From an uncultured Pelagibacteraceae bacterium (lineage in GTDB: Bacteria; Pseudomonadota; Alphaproteobacteria; Pelagibacterales; Pelagibacteraceae): DNA of 64,000 bases. Under the pieces are notes generated by a model. That model saw only the letters and a list, made by a program, of their open reading frames with translations. It ran no database searches and was not told the origin of the DNA. Location: the NCBI GenBank assembly GCA_902619595.1, contig CACNFE010000006.1:3194-67193 (forward strand), in the 5' to 3' direction. Numbering within the stretch: the stretch's first letter is position 1; each line of letters opens with the position of its first letter. Positions 22,994 through 33,667 of the stretch are shown here, in pieces. A program made the translations under genes and the position numbers.

Positions 22994-25216
22994 TTAATAT
23001 AAAGGCATATCTTTGAAAAAATTAAGCATTTTTATAGGTCTTTTTTCCACAACGAATCTATACACATTATAATTCTCCAACACTCTCTGAACGTAGTTTC
23101 TTGTCTCCTTAAATTTAATTAGCTCTATCCAGTCAACATAATCAATCTGATTTTTTTGAGGATTTTTATTTAGTCGCTTCCAGTACTTAACTCTTTTTGG
23201 TCCAGCATTGTAGGCAGCTATAGCAAAAGGGTATGATCCATCGTACTCTAGTATCAGTCCAGCAATATAATGTGATCCTAAATTTATATTATATTCTGGA
23301 TCCGTTGTTAGTCTTGATTTTGAATAAGGTAACTTTGCTTGTTTGGCTACTAACTTAGCAGTGTAGGTCATTAATTGCATTAAACCTCTTGCACCGGCTG
23401 AACTGTTTGCCTTCATATCAAATTCACTTTCTTGTCTAATTATTGATAAAATAAAAGGTGTTTCAGGAATTTTTCTCCCATTAATTATTTTTGGAGTTCC
23501 TATAATAGGATAGTTATAATTATTCAAAAATCTTTTTTCGTAAGATGCTATTTTTGCTATTTGAATAGCAAAATCGTATCTTGAAATATTTGTTGCAAGT
23601 TCCGCAGCTAAAATTTCACTTCCTTTTTCAATATCATCTAAAGCTAAATGCCTCAATATGTGTTTTGTGTATTTATCTTTATTAAGTTCATTCAGAAGGT
23701 AAATTACTTTGACTAACCCCTTATTCTCAAATTTTTTTTTATAATCTTTATCTACAACTTGCTCCAAATCTAACTCGAAAGTTTTTTCAGGATTTATTTT
23801 TAAAAAAGCAAGCTGACCATAGTAAGTAGTTAAATATTTAGAGGCTTCCTGATACCATTTATTCTGTAAATCTTTGCTACCCATCTTTTCGTAGGATCTA
23901 CCCAGCCAATATGCCCCTCTAGCCAAACTTATTGGATAACCGACGTTATTATAAAAATTATCAAAATGTTCTACAGCTAAAATTGGATCATTTAAAAAAC
24001 TTAGCGCAATCCAACCACTCATCCATTCTGCAGCTGCATACTCTGGTCCTTCTACCATTGAATGCTTGCTTACAACTTTATAAGCTAACTCATATTTTTT
24101 TTTATAAATTAAAGATCTTCCTATGATTTCTCTTTCCTTCCACCACTTTTCAGGTCTTACTAGGTAAATTTTGTTATTTGGAACTTTTAATAAAATTTCA
24201 AGAGAAGAGTCGACTCTGCCTCTTTTTCTACGCCACTTCAGTCTATCATAATTTAATCCTGAGTCATTTTTAAGTCTATCAGGGACTTTTGCAATAGCAT
24301 TATCCACACCATATGATTTACTCATTAATAGCTGTCTTGCTGTGTATAGTAATTCTTCTTCTTTTGGCAAATATCGTAACATTCTTTTTAAGTCCCAATA
24401 TTTATTCTCCCAAGCTAAATATTTAGCTCTTTTGATATAATCTTCACTATTTAAATATTTCTTATATTTTTTTCTAAAAAATCTTAAATCTGATTTGCTT
24501 AATTCAGCTTTTTCAAAACCTTTTTTTATTAAATTAATTCCTTTTGCACTTTCACCATTTATTATGTAACTCTCTCCTAGTATCATCTCACCAAAACCAC
24601 TTAACGGCTCTTCCTCAGAAAATTTTTTAATAATTTTTTTAGGGGATACCTTTTCCGTTGATAATTTATGTTCTGATAAATATTTTATCCTCCCAATTCT
24701 TGGGTAGTCAGGATTTTTATCTATGAATTGCTGGTAGTCATAATAACTTGCATTATTTCTATTTGTTAAAAGATGTCTCCATTGAATAAAGCTATAAATA
24801 TCATTGTTTCTTGTTTTCTTAGCCAAGCTTAATGCATTGGGCCAGTTACCTTTTTGCATTGCATTAATTGCTTTGGCAGCTAATTCAAACTCCTTTTTTG
24901 AAAAATATTTTGATTTTTTTGCAACCTTTTCTATTGTTTTTTGAACTATTTTTGGCTTATTTTTTGGAACAATAATTCCTAATTTAGTTATTTTTTTATT
25001 TTCAACTATTTCTTCTTTTTCATCTTTTTTCTTAACTTCCTTTACCAAAATAGGCTTTTCAAGAGGTTTAATAATATTTATTGAAATTTTTTTTTCTTTT
25101 AACTCAGGATTTAGAGTAGGTTTTTTTAGAGGAATAATAACATTTTCTTGTGAACTTACATATGTTGTAGCTAAAAACCAAAATAGGATAGTCAGTAAAA
25201 ATAAATTTTTTTTCAT
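22994..25216 (-). CDS. Soluble lytic murein transglycosylase (Slt-like)
   Basis: Signal peptide, helical body, SLT motifs IRQES, GLMQLM, AYNAG, ETRNYV. Confidence 0.92.
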   Translation of the reverse strand: MKKNLFLLTILFWFLATTYVSSQENVIIPLKKPTLNPELKEKKISINIIKPLEKPILVKEVKKKDEKEEIVENKKITKLGIIVPKNKPKIVQKTIEKVAKKSKYFSKKEFELAAKAINAMQKGNWPNALSLAKKTRNNDIYSFIQWRHLLTNRNNASYYDYQQFIDKNPDYPRIGRIKYLSEHKLSTEKVSPKKIIKKFSEEEPLSGFGEMILGESYIINGESAKGINLIKKGFEKAELSKSDLRFFRKKYKKYLNSEDYIKRAKYLAWENKYWDLKRMLRYLPKEEELLYTARQLLMSKSYGVDNAIAKVPDRLKNDSGLNYDRLKWRRKRGRVDSSLEILLKVPNNKIYLVRPEKWWKEREIIGRSLIYKKKYELAYKVVSKHSMVEGPEYAAAEWMSGWIALSFLNDPILAVEHFDNFYNNVGYPISLARGAYWLGRSYEKMGSKDLQNKWYQEASKYLTTYYGQLAFLKINPEKTFELDLEQVVDKDYKKKFENKGLVKVIYLLNELNKDKYTKHILRHLALDDIEKGSEILAAELATNISRYDFAIQIAKIASYEKRFLNNYNYPIIGTPKIINGRKIPETPFILSIIRQESEFDMKANSSAGARGLMQLMTYTAKLVAKQAKLPYSKSRLTTDPEYNINLGSHYIAGLILEYDGSYPFAIAAYNAGPKRVKYWKRLNKNPQKNQIDYVDWIELIKFKETRNYVQRVLENYNVYRFVVEKRPIKMLNFFKDMPLY

Positions 25217-25244
25217 AATTTTTTGTAAATGAATCTATAATTTA

Positions 25245-25253
25245 TGTTATAAG
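25245..25253 (+). promoter_or_regulatory. Extended -10 promoter of dapA (likely leaderless)
   Basis: TGtTATAAG then 5 nt then ATG 25259; no Shine-Dalgarno. Confidence 0.5.
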
Positions 25254-25258
25254 TATTT

Positions 25259-26143
25259 ATGTTTAAAGGTTCAAATGTTGCTTTAATTACTCCATTTAAA
25301 AATAATAAGCTTGATATTGAAGCTTATATAAAAATTATACATTTTCACTTAGAAAATGGTACCAATGGTTTAGTTCCAGCTGGAACAACAGGGGAGTCAC
25401 CAACTTTAGACCATGATGAACACCAGAAAGTTATTGAATTGTGTATAAAAGAGGCAAAAGGTAAAATTCCTGTTATTGCAGGCACAGGATCAAATTCAAC
25501 AGATGAGGCAATATCTTTAACGAAGCATGCTGAGAAAATGGGTGCAGATGGAGTTTTGGTTGTTACCCCATATTACAATAAACCAACACAAGAGGGTTTA
25601 TATCAGCATTATAAAGCTATCAATGATAACACAAGCCTTCCAATTATTATTTACAATATACCAAGTAGATGTGTAATAGATATGTCAGTAGATACAATGG
25701 CTAGATTATTTGAACTAAAAAATATAGCAGGTGTAAAAGATGCTACTGGAGATCTTAATAGACTAGATGAAACAATAAAGAAACTTGGACCTGATTTTAT
25801 CCAGCTAACAGGTGAGGATGGACTTGCATTTGAGTTTAACAAAAGAGGCGGGGTCGGAATTATTTCGGTCACAGCAAATATTGCACCAAAATTATGTTCA
25901 GATATGCAAAAATATTCAAAATCAAAATCAGATAATGAAATTAAAGAAGCTGAAAGAATAGATCAAATTTTACAGCCATTACATAAATCATTATTTATTG
26001 AAAGCAATCCAGCACCTGCAAAGTATGCAGCAAAACTTCTAGGCCTTTGTAATGATGAAATTAGACTTCCCTTAGTTAATATTCAAAAAGATACAGAAGA
26101 AAAAGTCAAAAAGGCTTTAATATCAGCTAAATTAATTAGTTAA
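25259..26143 (+). CDS. dapA: 4-hydroxy-tetrahydrodipicolinate synthase
   Basis: [33 protein letters not shown]. Confidence 0.96.
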   Translation: MFKGSNVALITPFKNNKLDIEAYIKIIHFHLENGTNGLVPAGTTGESPTLDHDEHQKVIELCIKEAKGKIPVIAGTGSNSTDEAISLTKHAEKMGADGVLVVTPYYNKPTQEGLYQHYKAINDNTSLPIIIYNIPSRCVIDMSVDTMARLFELKNIAGVKDATGDLNRLDETIKKLGPDFIQLTGEDGLAFEFNKRGGVGIISVTANIAPKLCSDMQKYSKSKSDNEIKEAERIDQILQPLHKSLFIESNPAPAKYAAKLLGLCNDEIRLPLVNIQKDTEEKVKKALISAKLIS

Positions 26144-26613
26144 TGAAAAAAAAAACCAATGTTGGTTTAAAGATAATTTCAATTAATAGAAAAGCAAGTT
26201 TTAATTATTTCTTTGAAAGTGTTTACGAGGCTGGAATTGTTTTAAAAGGATCTGAAATAAAATCTATAAGATTAGGCAAAATTAATATTGCTGATTCATA
26301 TGCAATTGAAAGACGTGGCGAAATTTATCTTATGAATTCACATATTCCATTATATAAAAATGCTAGCTATTCAAATCATAATCCAACAGATGATAGAAAA
26401 CTTTTATTAAATAAAAGAGAAATTAATAAACTTATTGGGAAGATCAATAGAGAGGGTTTCACAATAATACCCACTAAAATTTATTTTAAAAAAGGAAAAG
26501 CAAAAATCGAAATAGCCGTTGCAAAAGGAAAAAAACAATATGATAAAAGACAAGCTAAAAAAAATAAAGATTGGCAGAGAGATAAAGCTAGATATGTTAG
26601 AAAAACAAGCTAA
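26143..26613 (+). CDS. smpB: SsrA-binding protein
   Basis: [36 protein letters not shown]. Confidence 0.96.
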   Translation: MKKKTNVGLKIISINRKASFNYFFESVYEAGIVLKGSEIKSIRLGKINIADSYAIERRGEIYLMNSHIPLYKNASYSNHNPTDDRKLLLNKREINKLIGKINREGFTIIPTKIYFKKGKAKIEIAVAKGKKQYDKRQAKKNKDWQRDKARYVRKTS

Positions 26614-27109
26614 TACTGTTTTTTTAGGTATTGGATCAAATTTAGGAAATAAAAAAAACAATATAAATAAAGCTAAATTGTTTCTTCAAGAAAAAAATAA
26701 TTTAATGATCGAGAAATCTTCAAATTTTTATAAAACCAAATCATGGCCTGACCCTAAAAAACCAGAATACTTAAATATTGTTCTCAAAATTAAAACTAAT
26801 TTAGCACCTTTAAATCTATTTCATTTTATAAAGAAAATTGAAAAAAAATTAGGTAGAAAAATCTCAGAAAAAAACTCTCCAAGAGAATGTGATATAGATA
26901 TACTAGATTATGACCATAAATGCTTAAAATTGGATTACGAAGGTGATAAAATAATTATTCCACATCCAAGGTTACATAAAAGGAATTTTGTTTTAATTCC
27001 ACTTTATGAGATATCAAAAAAATGGACACATCCTAAATACAAGTTAAATATAACCCAATTATTAAAGCAAATTGACACGATTGACTTAAGATCTATTACA
27101 GTTGAATAA
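26594..27109 (+). CDS. folK: 6-hydroxymethyl-7,8-dihydropterin pyrophosphokinase
   Basis: [33 protein letters not shown]; start set at MLEKQ. Confidence 0.9.
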   Translation: MLEKQANTVFLGIGSNLGNKKNNINKAKLFLQEKNNLMIEKSSNFYKTKSWPDPKKPEYLNIVLKIKTNLAPLNLFHFIKKIEKKLGRKISEKNSPRECDIDILDYDHKCLKLDYEGDKIIIPHPRLHKRNFVLIPLYEISKKWTHPKYKLNITQLLKQIDTIDLRSITVE

Positions 27110-27115
27110 AAAAAA

Positions 27116-27124
27116 TGATATAAG
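27116..27124 (+). promoter_or_regulatory. Extended -10 promoter of rsh (likely leaderless)
   Basis: TGaTATAAG then 5 nt then ATG 27130. Confidence 0.45.
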
Positions 27125-27129
27125 TTAGC

Positions 27130-28875
27130 ATGTTAAAATCAAATGATTTAATAAATAAAGTCAAATCATACAATAAGTTTTTGAACCCTGAAACTCTGGA
27201 TAAGGCATATAATTTTGCAGTAAAGGCTCATGAAAATCAAAAACGACACTCAGGCGACCCTTATGTTATACATCCAGTTGCTGTAGCTAATATATTAACA
27301 GAATTAAAATTAGATAGTGCAACTATAGCTACTGGACTACTTCATGATACAATAGAAGACACACATGCTACTTATCAAACTATTAAACAGGAATTTGGTC
27401 AAGAAGTTGCTGATCTTGTCGAGGGTGTAACTAAAATTTCTGAGTTAGAAAATCAAGCTAAAGCAAATTCAAGAGCTGAGAATTTTAGAAAATTAATCAT
27501 TGCAACTTCAAAAGATATTAGAGTATTGCTTGTAAAAATTGCTGACAGACTTCACAACATGCGAACAATTCATTCAATTGATAAACAAGAAAAAAAAGAG
27601 AGAATTGCAAGAGAAACTATGGAAATATATTCTCCCCTAGCAGATAGAATGGGCATGAATAGAATAAGGGACGAATTGGAGGATCTTTCATTTGAAGTTC
27701 TTAATCCTAAAGCTAGAAAACTAATCAAAGATCGACTTGATAAAATAAAGGAAAATAACTTAATAAGTTTTAATTCTGTTGCAGATGAATTTACTAAACT
27801 ATTAAATGAAAATGACTTATCAGCAACTATTTACGGAAGAGAAAAAACTCCTTTTTCTCTTTGGAGAAAAATGCAAAGCAAAAGAATATCTCTTGAGCAA
27901 ATAACTGACATTATGGGTTTTAGAATAATTTTAAACGATATTTCTTCATGTTATAAATCACTTGGGATATTCCATAACAAATGGAATTGTATACCGGGAA
28001 GATTTAAAGATTATATTTCGTCCCCAAAAATAAATAAATATCAATCTTTACATACTGCAATAATAGGGCCAAATAAAAGACCTATAGAAATTCAGTTAAG
28101 AACAATGCAAATGCACGAATTTGCTCAAAGGGGAATAGCATCTCATTGGAAATACAAATCATCTGAAAAATTTAATTCATTAACATGGAAGGAATATGAT
28201 TGGTTAGCTGATTTAGTAGAGATAATTGAAAAAAATGAAAATCCAGAAGATTTTTATGAATACACTAAATTGCAAATGTTCCAAGAAAATGTATTTTGTT
28301 TTACTCCAAAAGGATCGGTTATAAAATTACCTAAAAATGCTACACCAATAGATTTTGCTTATGCTGTTCATACACAAGTTGGTGATACAGCAATTGGATC
28401 AGAAATAAACGGTAAAGAGTCACCCTTACAATCAATATTAAGAAATGGAGACGTAGTGAAGATAATCACATCAAAAAAAGTTTCACCCTCACTTCATTGG
28501 TTATCCTTGACTAAAACGGGAAAGGCACGTGCAGCAATTAGAAGGTATTGGCAATATAGAGAGAATTCTAAATTATCTAAATCTAAAAAATACAATACAA
28601 CATTATGGATATCATTACCTGATCAGCCTGGAAAATTAGGAGATGTTACCACTATGATAGGTATAAATAATGTAAATATTTCCAGCGTAGAGATGGTAGA
28701 AAAAACTAAAAAAACTATAAATTTTAGATTTAATCTTATTATTCATGATTTGAAAAACTTTACAAAACTTATTAGTGAGTTAAAACAAAAAGAATATAAC
28801 TTTAAAATTATTAGACATAAAAATAAAAAATATGCTTTCATCAAAAGACTCTTTGGCGGTTTTAAAAAAAACTAG
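27130..28875 (+). CDS. spoT: Bifunctional (p)ppGpp synthetase/hydrolase (RSH), shortened C-terminal region
   Basis: HD domain (LLHDTIED, ADRLHNMRT), synthetase (YQSLHT, EIQLRT), TGS (TPKG, DFAYAVHT), terminal ACT-like domain. Confidence 0.93.
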   Translation: MLKSNDLINKVKSYNKFLNPETLDKAYNFAVKAHENQKRHSGDPYVIHPVAVANILTELKLDSATIATGLLHDTIEDTHATYQTIKQEFGQEVADLVEGVTKISELENQAKANSRAENFRKLIIATSKDIRVLLVKIADRLHNMRTIHSIDKQEKKERIARETMEIYSPLADRMGMNRIRDELEDLSFEVLNPKARKLIKDRLDKIKENNLISFNSVADEFTKLLNENDLSATIYGREKTPFSLWRKMQSKRISLEQITDIMGFRIILNDISSCYKSLGIFHNKWNCIPGRFKDYISSPKINKYQSLHTAIIGPNKRPIEIQLRTMQMHEFAQRGIASHWKYKSSEKFNSLTWKEYDWLADLVEIIEKNENPEDFYEYTKLQMFQENVFCFTPKGSVIKLPKNATPIDFAYAVHTQVGDTAIGSEINGKESPLQSILRNGDVVKIITSKKVSPSLHWLSLTKTGKARAAIRRYWQYRENSKLSKSKKYNTTLWISLPDQPGKLGDVTTMIGINNVNISSVEMVEKTKKTINFRFNLIIHDLKNFTKLISELKQKEYNFKIIRHKNKKYAFIKRLFGGFKKN

Positions 28876-29422
28876 AGCTCTTTTGGAAGGTCATTTTGTA
28901 CTATCTTCAGGTCTACACTCATCAAAATATGTCCAATGTGCAAAATTATTGAGCAAACCTAGTTTAGCTTCAAAAATATGCCTCTCTTTAGCAAAAAAAA
29001 TAAGAAAAGAATTTAAGAAAATAGATATTATATTATCACCAGCAATTGGCGGTATAGTTATTGGATATGAAATAGGTAGATTGTTAAATAAAGAAACAAT
29101 CTTTTGTGAAAGAGTAAATAAAAAGTTTCAATTAAGAAGAGGTTTTTCAATTAAACCTAAATCAAAAGTTCTTATAGTTGAAGATGTAATAACAACAGGC
29201 AAATCCAGTTTAGAATGCACAAAATTAATTAAAAAATTTAAATCTAGCAATATTGGTTTTGCTTGTATTATAGATCGATCAGAGAAAAAAACTTTAAAAA
29301 TAAAAAATAAAAAAATCGTATCACAAATTAAAATTAACATTCCAACATACAATAAAAAAAATATACCTCCTTTTCTCAAAAAAATTCCAATAACAAGACC
29401 AGGAAGTAGAAATTTAAAATGA
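28832..29422 (+). CDS. pyrE: Orotate phosphoribosyltransferase
   Basis: GHFVLSSGLHS, VEDVITTG PRPP motif. Confidence 0.93.
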   Translation: MLSSKDSLAVLKKTRALLEGHFVLSSGLHSSKYVQCAKLLSKPSLASKICLSLAKKIRKEFKKIDIILSPAIGGIVIGYEIGRLLNKETIFCERVNKKFQLRRGFSIKPKSKVLIVEDVITTGKSSLECTKLIKKFKSSNIGFACIIDRSEKKTLKIKNKKIVSQIKINIPTYNKKNIPPFLKKIPITRPGSRNLK

Positions 29423-30135
29423 TACGTCTTGGTGTAAATATTGATCATGTAGCAACCTTGAGGAATGCAAGAGGCGAAGATCATCCAAATATTTTAAATG
29501 CAGCAAAATTTGTGATGAAAAACGGAGCTGATTTAATAACAATACATTTAAGAGAAGATCGACGTCATATAAAAGATAATGATCTTAAAATATTATCTAA
29601 ATTTAAATCAATCCCTATCAATCTCGAGATGGCTTGTAATAAAAAAATGTTGAATATTGCTCTAAAAGCAAAACCGTCATATGTTTGTATAGTTCCAGAA
29701 AAAAGAATAGAAATCACAACAGAAGGAGGGCTTAATCTCAAAAAAAATTTTCAGGCATTAAAAGCAAACATTAATATTTTAAATAGAAAAAAAATACGAA
29801 CTAGTTTGTTTATAAATCCAAAAATTCAAGATATTAAATTATCTAAACTAATTGGAGCTAAATGTATTGAAATTCACACAGGCACAATCTCAAGAAAAAT
29901 AAAATCCAAAAAAAAATATCAAAAAGATTTAAAAAATATAATTGCATGTTGTAAATATGCAAATGCAATTGGTCTTGAGGTGCATGCTGGCCATGGACTT
30001 GATTATAAAACTGCAAAAATTTTATCTAAACTAAAAGAAATTAAGGAATTTAATATAGGCCATTTCATAATAGGAGAGTCAATTTTTGTTGGAATAAATA
30101 AAGTTATAAAAAAATTTAAAAAAATATGTAAATGA
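29419..30135 (+). CDS. pdxJ: Pyridoxine 5'-phosphate synthase
   Basis: LGVNIDHVATLRNAR, HLREDRRHI, TTEGG, HAGHGL. Confidence 0.96.
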   Translation: MIRLGVNIDHVATLRNARGEDHPNILNAAKFVMKNGADLITIHLREDRRHIKDNDLKILSKFKSIPINLEMACNKKMLNIALKAKPSYVCIVPEKRIEITTEGGLNLKKNFQALKANINILNRKKIRTSLFINPKIQDIKLSKLIGAKCIEIHTGTISRKIKSKKKYQKDLKNIIACCKYANAIGLEVHAGHGLDYKTAKILSKLKEIKEFNIGHFIIGESIFVGINKVIKKFKKICK

Positions 30136-30136
30136 T

Positions 30137-30529
30137 ATGATAATTGTTGGTAATGGCGTTGATATTGTTGAAAATTCAAGAATTAAAAAATCAATTAAAA
30201 ATATTAAGTTTATAAAAAGGATTTATTCATCCGAAGAAGTTAAAAAATCAAAATTTAAAACTGATAAAGTAAGTTATTTTGCTAAAAGATTTGCAGCAAA
30301 AGAGGCTTTTGTAAAATCACTAGGAACAGGTTTTCGTAAAGGTATAAACTTTTCTGACATCTCAGTAGTCAACGACAAACTAGGTAAACCTTTTATTAAA
30401 ATAAATGATAAAATCAAATCAATAATCTTAAAAAAAAATAGATTTAAATCTTTCAAAATATTTTTATCTTTATCTGATCAAGATAAACATTCTATTGCTT
30501 TTGTTATTTTAAGTGGGTTAAAAAAATGA
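30137..30529 (+). CDS. acpS: Holo-ACP synthase
   Basis: GVDIVE, RFAAKEA, GKP. Confidence 0.93.
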   Translation: MIIVGNGVDIVENSRIKKSIKNIKFIKRIYSSEEVKKSKFKTDKVSYFAKRFAAKEAFVKSLGTGFRKGINFSDISVVNDKLGKPFIKINDKIKSIILKKNRFKSFKIFLSLSDQDKHSIAFVILSGLKK

Positions 30530-31254
30530 AAAAAATATTTATTGAAAATGCAATAACAATTTTTTATGCATTAATTATTGCTATTATTATCAGATCATTA
30601 TTAATTCAACCTTTCTATATACCTTCCTCGTCTATGGAACCTAATTTGTTAGTCGGTGATAGATTGTTTGTAACAAAATATTCTTATGGTTATAGCAAGC
30701 ACTCCTTTCCCTTTAGTCCACCTATATTTAAAAATAGAATTCTATTTCAAAAACCTGAAAGAGGTGATGTAGTAGTATTTAAAACGCCAGCAGATAATAG
30801 AACAGATTATATAAAACGTCTTATTGGCTTACCTGGTGATACTATTCAGTTTATTGACGGCAATATCTATTTAAACAACTTAGAAATATTTAAAAATCTT
30901 AAATCAAAAAATCAGTTCGTATTTTGTGGATCAAATAAGATTGAAAGTAATTTCTTTAATGAAAAATTTTCAAATGGAAAAGAATTTAAAACAGCATATT
31001 TTAGTAGTTTTACTCTTCAAAATACAGATTTGTTCGTAGTACCAGAAGATCATTATTTTTTTTTAGGAGATAATAGAGATTGTTCAAAAGACAGTAGATT
31101 CTTATCTAGTGTTGGATATGTACACAAAAATAACCTAGTTGGAAAAGCACGTTTCATTTTTTTTTCCTCCGATGCAAAGAATGGGAGTATATTTGAATTT
31201 TGGAAATGGGGTGAACTAATCAGATTTGACAGGTTCTTTAAAGTAATTAATTAA
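30526..31254 (+). CDS. lepB: Signal peptidase I
   Basis: IPSSSMEP, YIKRLIGLPGD, GDNRD..DSR. Confidence 0.95.
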   Translation: MKKIFIENAITIFYALIIAIIIRSLLIQPFYIPSSSMEPNLLVGDRLFVTKYSYGYSKHSFPFSPPIFKNRILFQKPERGDVVVFKTPADNRTDYIKRLIGLPGDTIQFIDGNIYLNNLEIFKNLKSKNQFVFCGSNKIESNFFNEKFSNGKEFKTAYFSSFTLQNTDLFVVPEDHYFFLGDNRDCSKDSRFLSSVGYVHKNNLVGKARFIFFSSDAKNGSIFEFWKWGELIRFDRFFKVIN

Positions 31255-31263
31255 AAAATTTAT

Positions 31264-31926
31264 ATGAGTTTAAATGATCTCGAAAAAATATTGCAGATAA
31301 AATTCAAAAATAAAAAAATTTTAGAAAAATCACTTATTCATAAAAGTCTTGATCCAATAAATAATAATGAAAAACTAGAATTTTTAGGAGATAGAGTATT
31401 AGGTTTTGTGATTTCGAAAAAACTATATGAAATTTACCCAGAGGAAACCGAAGGAGCTCTGGATAAAAAATTTGCATCACTTGTAAATAAAAATATGTGT
31501 TTAAGTATTGCGAATAAACTAAATCTGTCTAAATTTATAAAAACAAATACAAATAAAACAAATAATTATAAGCCAGAAAATAAAATTATATCCGATACAT
31601 GTGAAGCAATAATTGGAGCTATATTTTTAGATCAAGGAATTAAAGTTGTAGAAAATTTTATATTAAAAATTTGGAATGAGTATATTGAAAACACACAAGA
31701 GACCAAAATAGACTCTAAAACAATGCTTCAAGAATTTTCACTTAAAAAATATAAAGTATTGCCTAAGTATACCTTGTTAAAAACAAAAGGACCAAAACAT
31801 AAACCTGTATTTCATGTTCAAGTTAAAATAAAATCTTCAAAAAGCATTGATGGAATTGGTTCTTCAAAAAAGTTAGCTGAACAAGATGCAGCCACTTCTC
31901 TTTTAAGGAAAATGAACTTATTATGA
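31264..31926 (+). CDS. rnc: Ribonuclease III
   Basis: NEKLEFLGDRVL, EAIIGAIFLD, C-terminal dsRBD. Confidence 0.95.
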   Translation: MSLNDLEKILQIKFKNKKILEKSLIHKSLDPINNNEKLEFLGDRVLGFVISKKLYEIYPEETEGALDKKFASLVNKNMCLSIANKLNLSKFIKTNTNKTNNYKPENKIISDTCEAIIGAIFLDQGIKVVENFILKIWNEYIENTQETKIDSKTMLQEFSLKKYKVLPKYTLLKTKGPKHKPVFHVQVKIKSSKSIDGIGSSKKLAEQDAATSLLRKMNLL

Positions 31927-32603
31927 TTTGGGACGATAAAGGATTTCTATTATCCAAATTTAAATATAGTGAAAATTCAGTGATTGCAGATTTTTTTACA
32001 ATAGAGCATGGGAAATCTTCAGGTATTATATTTGGAGCTTCTTCGAAAAGGATAAAAGGCTATCTTCAAATTGGAAATAAATTTCAATTAAATTATCAAA
32101 GTAAAAATGAAACTAAAATTGGTTCCTTTAAAGTAGAGATTATTAAAGCTGAAACACCTCTTTTCTTTAATGACAGAAGTAAGCTACATTGTATTAGTTC
32201 GTCAATGAGTATGGTTAAACTTCTTACAGCTGAAAATCAAAAAAACCCAGAAATTTTTAATTTGATTGAAAAATTCTTTATTTTGATCAAAAAAAATAAT
32301 TGGTTAATGGAATATATTATATGGGAACTCGAATTATTAAAACTTTCAGGTTATGATTTAAATTTAAGTAAAATTGTAAAGAAAACAATTGAAAATAATA
32401 AATCAAAATATTTTGTTGAGTCTCAAACTGAAAAAAAAATTGTTCCAAATTTCCTTGTAGAAAACAACAATGAAGTAGCAGACAAAAATGATCTTATTAG
32501 AGGAATACAAATTGTGACTAGTTATTTAGATAAAAATATCTTACAGCCAAATAATCTAAATCATCCACTTCAAAGAGTGGACTTTATTAATACACTTAAA
32601 TAA
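31923..32603 (+). CDS. recO: DNA repair protein RecO
   Basis: MIWDDKG...TIEHG OB-fold start, WELELL..GY; position after rnc. Confidence 0.82.
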   Translation: MIWDDKGFLLSKFKYSENSVIADFFTIEHGKSSGIIFGASSKRIKGYLQIGNKFQLNYQSKNETKIGSFKVEIIKAETPLFFNDRSKLHCISSSMSMVKLLTAENQKNPEIFNLIEKFFILIKKNNWLMEYIIWELELLKLSGYDLNLSKIVKKTIENNKSKYFVESQTEKKIVPNFLVENNNEVADKNDLIRGIQIVTSYLDKNILQPNNLNHPLQRVDFINTLK

Positions 32604-32604
32604 T

Positions 32605-33594
32605 TTACAGATTTTTAGCTATACTATTTGAAAAATATGAAATTATCGCATTGGCACCAGCTCTTTTAAAGCTTGTCAGTGTTTCATATATTATTTTATC
32701 GTCCACTAGACCTTTTTTTATTGAATTCATTATCAAGCTATATTCTCCAGAAACTTGATAGGCTAGCACTGGTATCTTAAAATTTCTTTTCACGTCTCTT
32801 ATGATATCTAAATAAGGGAGTCCAGGCTTAACCATGACCATATCTGCTCCTTCTTTAATATCTAACGCAACTTCTCTTAGTGCTTCATCTCTGTTGCTAA
32901 AGTCCATCTGATAAGTTTTTTTGTCTCCTTTTAAAAGATTTTTTGATCCAACAGCATCTCTAAAAGGGCCATAGAAACTTGATGCATATTTAACAGCATA
33001 AGACAAAATTCTCACATTTGAAAAATTATTTTTATCTAAAGCTTTTCTAATTTTTCCAATTCTTCCGTCCATCATATCTGAAGGCGCAATTACATCACAA
33101 CCAGCCTTTGCTTGAATGATAGATTGTTGAATCAAAATATCTATTGTTTTATCATTAAGAATTTTATTTGATTTTAAAATTCCATCATGTCCATGTGATG
33201 TATATGGATCTAATGCAACATCACACATTATTCCAATTTTGTTTCCAAATTTTTTTTTGATTAATTTTGTGGCTTTACAAACTAAATTATTCTCATTCAA
33301 GGCTTCTGATGCATGGTTATCTTTTAGTCTTCTCTCAGTGTAAGGAAATAAAGCTATCATCGGAATTCCTAAATCAATTATTTTTTTCACAAAACTATTA
33401 AGTTTATCGATCGAATACCTATACACTCCAGGCATAGATGTAATTGGTATTTTTTTATTTTTTCCTTCTATTATAAATATAGGTTGAACAAGATCATTAA
33501 CAGATAGTGTATTTTCTTTAGTTAATCTTCTAATCCAATCATATTCACGATTTCGTCTAAGTCTTAAATTTGGATATTTTCCGGTTGTAATCAT
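32605..33594 (-). CDS. hemB: Porphobilinogen synthase
   Basis: DVALDPYTSHGHDG, APSDMMDGR, FYGPFRDA, MVKPG, AYQVSGEY. Confidence 0.96.
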   Translation of the reverse strand: MITTGKYPNLRLRRNREYDWIRRLTKENTLSVNDLVQPIFIIEGKNKKIPITSMPGVYRYSIDKLNSFVKKIIDLGIPMIALFPYTERRLKDNHASEALNENNLVCKATKLIKKKFGNKIGIMCDVALDPYTSHGHDGILKSNKILNDKTIDILIQQSIIQAKAGCDVIAPSDMMDGRIGKIRKALDKNNFSNVRILSYAVKYASSFYGPFRDAVGSKNLLKGDKKTYQMDFSNRDEALREVALDIKEGADMVMVKPGLPYLDIIRDVKRNFKIPVLAYQVSGEYSLIMNSIKKGLVDDKIIYETLTSFKRAGANAIISYFSNSIAKNL

Positions 33595-33667
33595 TTAAAA
33601 ATTATTTTATATGCGACAATAGTTATATATTATATAATAATTATTAAGCTATTAATAAAATACATTT

